NCBI GenBank assembly: GCA_016840405.1 | Contig: JAEOSK010000007.1 | Coordinates: 31,256 to 95,255 of the forward strand | Length of the DNA: 64,000 nucleotides | Reading direction: 5' to 3' | Origin: Candidatus Hermodarchaeum yapensis | GTDB lineage: Archaea; Asgardarchaeota; Hermodarchaeia; Hermodarchaeales; Hermodarchaeaceae | Part shown: in pieces, positions 58,018-64,000 of the stretch | Position numbering within the stretch: the first letter of the stretch is position 1 | Layout of the letters: every line of letters starts with the position of its first letter | Program-made: the position numbers and the translations under genes | Notes under the pieces: generated by a model | Told to the model about the DNA's origin: nothing | Seen by the model: only the letters and a program-made list of their open reading frames with translations | The model's database searches: none

Positions 58018-59256
58018 CTAAACGCTCTTCCAGCCTGGTGCGCGTTTCCAGATGTAAACGTGAATCAGCATTGCCCAGAGTAGCCAAAGTACCCAGTTGA
58101 CTGGATTATAGACTCCAGTTAGGAGGAAATCCCCTAACAGCATAGGTGAGATGAAGAAGTAAATGTAGAGGCTGATTATTCCGAGTACGACAACGATGAT
58201 TGTTCGGATTAGAATGTTCACTATAGTATTGAATTGAGTTGGCCAGTTACCGAAGTATTGAGTCCAGATGAATATGAGAAGTATAATGAACACTGCAATC
58301 CAAGCGGAATACCCGTGCATCGCGGCAAAGCCCATTGTCAACATTATTCCGGAGAGTAGAGTTGGCATAATGATAAACGCAAAGAGACCACCAAGGAGAG
58401 TGCAACCAATTAACGCAGCTACACCAATCCAAGGTTGTTTCTTCAGGGCTTTCCATGGCTGATAATCCCAGGTCATAAGGGTCATTAATCCAAACACGAT
58501 AATCCACTGTGTAAACGCTAGCGATAAGTAAGCACCACCATTGTTGACTTCACCCGCAATGGGGTCGTATGCCCAGAAGGGCCAAGCAGTCCAAATGGTC
58601 CAATCTACAGTCGTTGTAACTGGTGGGAGCGCAGTTGCGATTTGAAAGGGCCAGTAGATGATTAGCCATGTAAAGGTGGTGATGACGGCTCCTAGAAGCA
58701 TGACAGTGAAGCCACGCTTGGGCTGTTCTAATTCTGTAAATGGCCAATAGATGCTTCCAGCTGCCCAAATGGATGCAAAACTGAAACCACAGGAGAGTAT
58801 TGTACCAATTGCTGCAGATGAAAGGAAGAGTGCCAACCACCAGTTTCCTCCGATTGAAGTGACATTCATTAGAGCAAAGGGGCTGAACATTGGAATCATG
58901 TACGGACCGATGATGAACCAGAAAACAGCGATAACAACTGCGATGCCAACAATATTGAGTATTGTTCCCACTATTCCTTGTGTAACTAGGCTTTTCATCT
59001 TGGACGATAGATGATGGTCAAACCAGATTTGAAATACCACAATAAGGATTCCCCATCCTGCAATTGCAGATCCAAGGAATAACCACCCAGACCAGTAAAA
59101 GAGGGAGAATCGCCAGTCCATAAAGATATACCAGAACACTAGTGCAACGATGAATACGATGATGAAATTAACCAAACCTGAAACGATCCAATTCCAACGT
59201 CGCTCTGTAATCACTGGACGCCACATCTGATTTTCTAAAGGTTTTTCTTTTGTCAT
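58018..59256 (-). CDS. Trp-rich polytopic membrane protein, probable transporter
   Basis: About 11-12 TM helices, repeated WPF/QP..G motifs. Confidence 0.7.
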   Translation of the reverse strand: MTKEKPLENQMWRPVITERRWNWIVSGLVNFIIVFIVALVFWYIFMDWRFSLFYWSGWLFLGSAIAGWGILIVVFQIWFDHHLSSKMKSLVTQGIVGTILNIVGIAVVIAVFWFIIGPYMIPMFSPFALMNVTSIGGNWWLALFLSSAAIGTILSCGFSFASIWAAGSIYWPFTELEQPKRGFTVMLLGAVITTFTWLIIYWPFQIATALPPVTTTVDWTIWTAWPFWAYDPIAGEVNNGGAYLSLAFTQWIIVFGLMTLMTWDYQPWKALKKQPWIGVAALIGCTLLGGLFAFIIMPTLLSGIMLTMGFAAMHGYSAWIAVFIILLIFIWTQYFGNWPTQFNTIVNILIRTIIVVVLGIISLYIYFFISPMLLGDFLLTGVYNPVNWVLWLLWAMLIHVYIWKRAPGWKSV

Positions 59257-59324
59257 TTTATCAACACCCGTTGATTTTTTGACGCGCCTTATATCATGCA
59301 GTCAAGATATTTAAGCCTGAATGG

Positions 59325-60140
59325 GTGACCCTTCTAATGCCATTTACGCGAGGGTCTAGCATGCCAGAAATCCAAGTAAGCGATGATGTAACACTCAACT
59401 ACGAAGAAAAAGGTGAAGGTTATCCATTACTCCTCATTCATGGATTGTTAAGTGACTTAACCAGCTGGCGATACCAGGTTGACGCATTTGCCAGACATTA
59501 TCGGACCATCATGGTCGACTTGAAAGGCTTTGGCAAATCCACTAAGCCTCATAAAGAATATCGAGTTCACTCACATGCCGATGACCTCTTCACACTTCTG
59601 CAACATCTGAAAATCACTCAAACCCATGTTTGCGGTCTCTCAATGGGTGGTATGGTCGCTGAAGTGCTTGTCATAAAATACCCTCAACTGGTGAGGGGTC
59701 TAATTCTTGCGGATTCAGCTGCCATGATTGCTAACTATGCAGTTAGTGACCGACTAACACTAATCAGTGAACATGACATGAACTGGTTTGCAGACTGGGG
59801 AACAAAGAAAATTTTGCGATTAGCTTCCGATGAAGCCCAAAACCATGTTCGAGAAATGATTCGACGTGTGGATCGCAATGATTATCGGCTAGCGATTATT
59901 TCGACTGCTGGCTTTAATATAGCAAATGAGTTGAAGAAAATCCAAAATCCGGTGCTTATTATTCAAGGAGAAAAGGATGAAACGGTCCCCATGTGGCATG
60001 CCGAACAGCTGAAAAGCTGGATTCCCGAAGCAAAATTTGTCATCATGAAAGGCGCCTCCCATATGACACCCGTCGATAATCCCGCAGAATTTAACATGCT
60101 GGTCCTCGATTTCCTCAAAGAAGTCGACACCGCTACCTAA
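59325..60140 (+). CDS. Alpha/beta hydrolase
   Basis: LIHG, DLKGFGKS, GLSMGG nucleophile elbow, GEKDETVP, GASH; likely start 59361. Confidence 0.92.
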   Translation: MTLLMPFTRGSSMPEIQVSDDVTLNYEEKGEGYPLLLIHGLLSDLTSWRYQVDAFARHYRTIMVDLKGFGKSTKPHKEYRVHSHADDLFTLLQHLKITQTHVCGLSMGGMVAEVLVIKYPQLVRGLILADSAAMIANYAVSDRLTLISEHDMNWFADWGTKKILRLASDEAQNHVREMIRRVDRNDYRLAIISTAGFNIANELKKIQNPVLIIQGEKDETVPMWHAEQLKSWIPEAKFVIMKGASHMTPVDNPAEFNMLVLDFLKEVDTAT

Positions 60141-60175
60141 TCCCGACAGGACACAAATCCTTTGGTGCGAACACA

Positions 60176-61750
60176 ATGATGAACATCAATCCCCCCGAGG
60201 ACTGGCGATGGATTGGTGACTGGCTTGGACGCCGCGCCGCACTAACACCTAACCATGAAGCCCTTCTCGACCCTTCCAGTGAAAGGCGTTATTCCTATGC
60301 CAAACTCAATGACCGAGGCAATCAGCTTGCCCATCTCCTCTCCAATGAATATAATATCAAGAAAGGCGACCGTGTAGCTTTCCTTCTCCACAACCGTATC
60401 GAGTGTATTGATGCTTTCTCGGCATGTGGAAAACTTGGAGCCATTCTTGTTCCACTCAATGTCCGACTGGCTCCGGTGGAACACCAAGAATACCTATCGA
60501 ACATCAATCCCACTGTACTCATCTATGAAGATGCCTTCGATAAGACGGTCAACGAATTCCGTCACAATGTACCGAGTCTCAAACACTTCCTGGCGGTGGA
60601 CAAGACATCTCTCAAAAATATCCAATCTTACGGACCACTGCTTAACAAACAGCCCACCACATCCCCACTTCGTCCTTCTCTCGGCTTTGAAGACCCTTTT
60701 TTCATTCTTCCCACGGGGGGAACCACTGGTTTACCGAAAGGGGCGGTCCTCTCTCATCGACATATATTCTGGAATTCAGTCAATACTATAGTCTGTTGGG
60801 GGCTTAGTCCAACTGATGTTTGTCCGATTATTTTCCCACTTTATCACACAGGGGGTTGGAATGTGCTCCTTATTCCCCTGTTCCATGTTGGGGCTCGAGT
60901 AATTCTTTGGAGGCATTTTGATGCGGTTGATACGCTTCGACGTATCGAGGAAGAACGGTGCACCATTATCATCGGCGTCCCTACAATGTACCACATGATG
61001 ATTGATGCACCAGAATTCACCAAGACCGATTTCAGTTCAGTTCGGTTCTGGCTGAGCGGTGGAGCACCTTGTCCGGTTTCAATTATGGAATCCTTTTGGA
61101 ACCGTAATCAGGAATTCGCCATGGGCTACGGACTAACAGAAGTCGGTCCTAACAATTTCTATATGCCTCTTGGTGCATCGAAAACGAAACCAACTGCTGT
61201 TGGTCTCCCTTTTTTCCACAACGGTGTCCGATTAGTCAATGAAGAACTTGAAGACGTGCCACCAGGTGAAGTGGGCGAACTTCTTCTTCGCGGTCCCCAT
61301 GCCTTCAGCGGATACTGGAATAACCCCCAAGCCACCCAAGACGTATTCGAACTAGATGGCTGGATCCACACTGGTGATCTAGCTCGCCAAGATTCAGATG
61401 GATTCTACTATATTGCAGGGCGGAAGAAAGAATTATTCATCTCAGGTGGAGAAAACGTCTTTCCCATCGAAATTGAACGCGTGCTAGATGAACACCCCGC
61501 TGTTGATCAGGCTTCTGTAGTGGGAATGCCAGATGAGAAATGGGGTGAAGTTGGATGTGCCTTTATCGTCGTAAAAAAGGATAAACAAGTGTCAGAAACA
61601 GAGCTCATCGAATTTATGCGGTCGAACCTTGCCCGATATAAAGTGCCAAAGCATATTATCTTCGTTGAAGCTCTTCCGGTAACAAGTGCGGGGAAAATTT
61701 CGAAACGTGAACTCGAGAATCAAGCTAGAGCATTAGCTGATAAATCCTAA
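60176..61750 (+). CDS. Acyl-CoA synthetase (FadD/MenE-like AMP-binding enzyme)
   Basis: TGGTTGLPKG, GYGLTE, HTGDL, GRKKELFISGGENV, YKVPK, GKI. Confidence 0.95.
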   Translation: MMNINPPEDWRWIGDWLGRRAALTPNHEALLDPSSERRYSYAKLNDRGNQLAHLLSNEYNIKKGDRVAFLLHNRIECIDAFSACGKLGAILVPLNVRLAPVEHQEYLSNINPTVLIYEDAFDKTVNEFRHNVPSLKHFLAVDKTSLKNIQSYGPLLNKQPTTSPLRPSLGFEDPFFILPTGGTTGLPKGAVLSHRHIFWNSVNTIVCWGLSPTDVCPIIFPLYHTGGWNVLLIPLFHVGARVILWRHFDAVDTLRRIEEERCTIIIGVPTMYHMMIDAPEFTKTDFSSVRFWLSGGAPCPVSIMESFWNRNQEFAMGYGLTEVGPNNFYMPLGASKTKPTAVGLPFFHNGVRLVNEELEDVPPGEVGELLLRGPHAFSGYWNNPQATQDVFELDGWIHTGDLARQDSDGFYYIAGRKKELFISGGENVFPIEIERVLDEHPAVDQASVVGMPDEKWGEVGCAFIVVKKDKQVSETELIEFMRSNLARYKVPKHIIFVEALPVTSAGKISKRELENQARALADKS

Positions 61751-61843
61751 TCCAGTTTCAATCACATATACAATGAACAACGCATTGCATCATTTACCGC
61801 AAAATAAAGACATAAATCGCCTGCCTTTAACAAGAGTAGATGA

Positions 61844-63820
61844 GTGAATGGTGGGTGCATGAATCGGCAAAAACGAAATCTTGCATCGGTCCTCCTAGGA
61901 TTAATCCTATTGGTTACCTTTACAGGAGGCTTATCCTCTTCCAATGATGGGCCTCCCACATTATTTACAGTATACATTGGTTATTCCTGGTCAAGTCCTG
62001 CTCGGACCGTTATTGCAACAACTATTAGGGATTCGTTCTGTGGAATGCACATTGATGCCCAAATAGTGGGTGGAACTGCTGGTGGGTGGTTAGACCGCAT
62101 TCTGTTTCCTGATGCTTCTCAGCTAGGCGCAACCTATGAAGAAGGTGGTTGGGATGTATACCAAATTTCATGGAATTTTGGTGAATATGTGATAGATCCA
62201 TCCACACTTTATGATTCCAGTGCGATTCCACTTTATAATTTCATTCTTCTAAACGATTCTGTGAATGATGCTATGCTCGCTGAAATCCGAGTCACCTATA
62301 ACGATACTCGCCGTTTTGAATTGCTGAAGGAATGGCAAGCATATATCCATGACTTATCTCCTTCAGCGATTCTGTGTTATGAAAACAGACCCTTTGCCAT
62401 TGACCCCAACTGGACGGGGTTTGAGAATATCTCTTATATTTTCCCAGAGTACGGTGACCCAATGGTCCGGCATCCCTTAGCAACCAAATGGGTTATTGGA
62501 ACTACCGGGGACCCCCAACGCTTTGCACCCCTATTTCCATGTAGCGGAAATTACGAGAAATTAGCCTTCGCGGGGGTATATGAGTCACTTTTCAGATATC
62601 AGACCAATGAAGATCTGTTTAGTTGTACTCACACACCAGCTCTTGCAGCGGCAGATTGGGTCATTAGCGATGATGGTTTAAATTGGACACTGGACCTCCG
62701 GGAAGATATGTTTTGGCCCACGGGTCACCAATTCAATGCCACTGATGTTATCATAACTTGGAAAGCTATAGTGACACCAGCAGTGACCTCATATCTATAC
62801 AGTGATTATGTTACTGTTGGCTTGAATAATGCGAGCTTTGATGCTCTGGGTAGCCATCGCGTTCGGGTACGGTTCAACGAAACTTTGGGTCCATATGCGT
62901 TGGCAAGGTATCTGTTGAATATCCCACCTCTACCCTCCTTTGCCCTGCATTCTGTACCATATGCGGAGTGGCCAACTCACCCAATTAACAATGGTTCAAT
63001 GTGGACGGTTAACGACACAAACGGCGATCCCTACACCTGTTATGGTCCCATGGGACTTGGTCCATATGTGTGTAACACACCAACTTCAGGTTGGGACGAG
63101 GGAAGCAGATCCTTTGTGGCCTATCTTCGGGGTTCTACTAATGATGCTGGATTGGCAAATGGCACCAAGATTCCCTATTTTTTGGGTGACAATGGGTATG
63201 GTCAATCACCCATGCCCTCAACTTATATGACGAAAACCATTGAAGGTGGGACTACTCCAGCTATTAGTGCCTTAAAACTAGATAGAATTGACCTAATTGA
63301 CAATGACTTCGCCATAATGTATGAGATTGACAAACTCAAGCCTGATTGGAGCAGGGAGATTAGTTACATTGAGCCTAGAATCCATATCTTGGGTTTTAAT
63401 TTACATCATCCGGTCTTTGGTACGGGAGTTGCCACACCCTATGGGGTGTCTGATCCCGACAATGCGTCTCTCTATGCGAAGTATGTACGTCAAGCCTTGA
63501 ACTACCTCGTTCCACGACAAGAAATAATTGACCAAATCTGGAAGGGATATGCTGTACTCGGTGTTGAGGCTCTCCCCCCTATCACCGATGCTTTCAATTC
63601 CGAATTAATTGGGTACACATACCAACCACAAATGGCGAGGCTTCTGTTACAAATGGCGGGTTATGTAATTCCTGTTGAACCTATTGTGCTTCCCATCGAG
63701 GTCTTTCTCGTTTTGGGAGTCATCGTAATCGTTGTGGAGGTAATCTTTGTAGCGTTCCTTCTTTACCAACGACGCGCACGACAGGCTGCGTTATCAAAAT
63801 CCAGCATTTCTTCTAATTGA
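61844..63820 (+). CDS. ABC transporter substrate-binding protein, family 5 (DppA/OppA-like), C-terminally anchored
   Basis: Signal peptide, VYESL, PALA..W..S.DGL.WT..LRE...W..G..FNA.DV, G.GPY, VRQALNY, TM plus basic tail. Confidence 0.85.
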   Translation: MNGGCMNRQKRNLASVLLGLILLVTFTGGLSSSNDGPPTLFTVYIGYSWSSPARTVIATTIRDSFCGMHIDAQIVGGTAGGWLDRILFPDASQLGATYEEGGWDVYQISWNFGEYVIDPSTLYDSSAIPLYNFILLNDSVNDAMLAEIRVTYNDTRRFELLKEWQAYIHDLSPSAILCYENRPFAIDPNWTGFENISYIFPEYGDPMVRHPLATKWVIGTTGDPQRFAPLFPCSGNYEKLAFAGVYESLFRYQTNEDLFSCTHTPALAAADWVISDDGLNWTLDLREDMFWPTGHQFNATDVIITWKAIVTPAVTSYLYSDYVTVGLNNASFDALGSHRVRVRFNETLGPYALARYLLNIPPLPSFALHSVPYAEWPTHPINNGSMWTVNDTNGDPYTCYGPMGLGPYVCNTPTSGWDEGSRSFVAYLRGSTNDAGLANGTKIPYFLGDNGYGQSPMPSTYMTKTIEGGTTPAISALKLDRIDLIDNDFAIMYEIDKLKPDWSREISYIEPRIHILGFNLHHPVFGTGVATPYGVSDPDNASLYAKYVRQALNYLVPRQEIIDQIWKGYAVLGVEALPPITDAFNSELIGYTYQPQMARLLLQMAGYVIPVEPIVLPIEVFLVLGVIVIVVEVIFVAFLLYQRRARQAALSKSSISSN

Positions 63821-64000
63821 AGCAACGAAATTTCATGCATTGAACCTGGGTGCCAAATCATTGGTTTTAATTTACACCATCCGGTTTTTGGAACAAGAGA
63901 GGCTACACCCAACGGCCAGAGGTATCCCACCAAGGCGTGGCTTTATGCGAAATTTGTCCGACAAGCCCTCAACTATCTTATTCCTCGACAAGCAATGATT
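63821..64000 (+). pseudogene. Start-less paralogous fragment of the SBP C-terminal region (runs off the window)
   Basis: SNEISCIEPGCQIIGFNLHHPVFGT...LYAKFVRQALNYLIPRQ aligns without gaps to 63350-63529. Confidence 0.8.

Noticed and set aside
21959-63820. Genome-wide TGA recoding (Trp or Sec), suggested by two in-frame TGAs
   Set aside because: Many genes end at TGA exactly where the family ends (corA, glyS, SAMP GG*, aor), and the Mvh/Hdr genes use Cys at the usual Sec positions
63350-64000. Diversity-generating retroelement TR/VR pair
   Set aside because: Differences are not adenine-specific and no reverse transcriptase is present in the window

Overview
Archaeal chromosome segment, most likely an Asgard-type archaeon. 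Evidence: GatD/GatE, archaeal-type TPI and GlyRS, two TFBs, an eL22-like ribosomal protein, a MglA/Ras-like small GTPase, a TRAP-beta-like Ig domain and RanBP2-type zinc fingers. It holds about 55 CDS and one tRNA-Arg(UCU); I see no rRNA, CRISPR array or transposase. Housekeeping and transport genes alternate with anaerobic catabolic clusters. Most notable: (1) a ~7 kb block encoding a winged-HTH-HdrA-MvhD fusion, MvhG/MvhA-like [NiFe]-hydrogenase subunits and a TraB-like/Mtd fusion, bounded by two copies of the sudA 3' end; this is a candidate H2/redox-sensing DNA-binding complex. (2) Two protein-free IS200/IS605-type mini-elements that keep a TATA box and a TnpB omegaRNA-like scaffold. (3) A glutamate dehydrogenase regulon with an RHH/V4R-like regulator, phased TGTWCA boxes, an N-terminally extended GDH, a P-loop-dead KaiC-like protein and an ACD-GNAT fusion. 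Smaller oddities: a permuted MscL, a C33 tRNA, a leader peptide before a RIO kinase, in-frame TGA codons and stranded gene 3' ends. All family calls come from motif recognition by eye, not from database searches.
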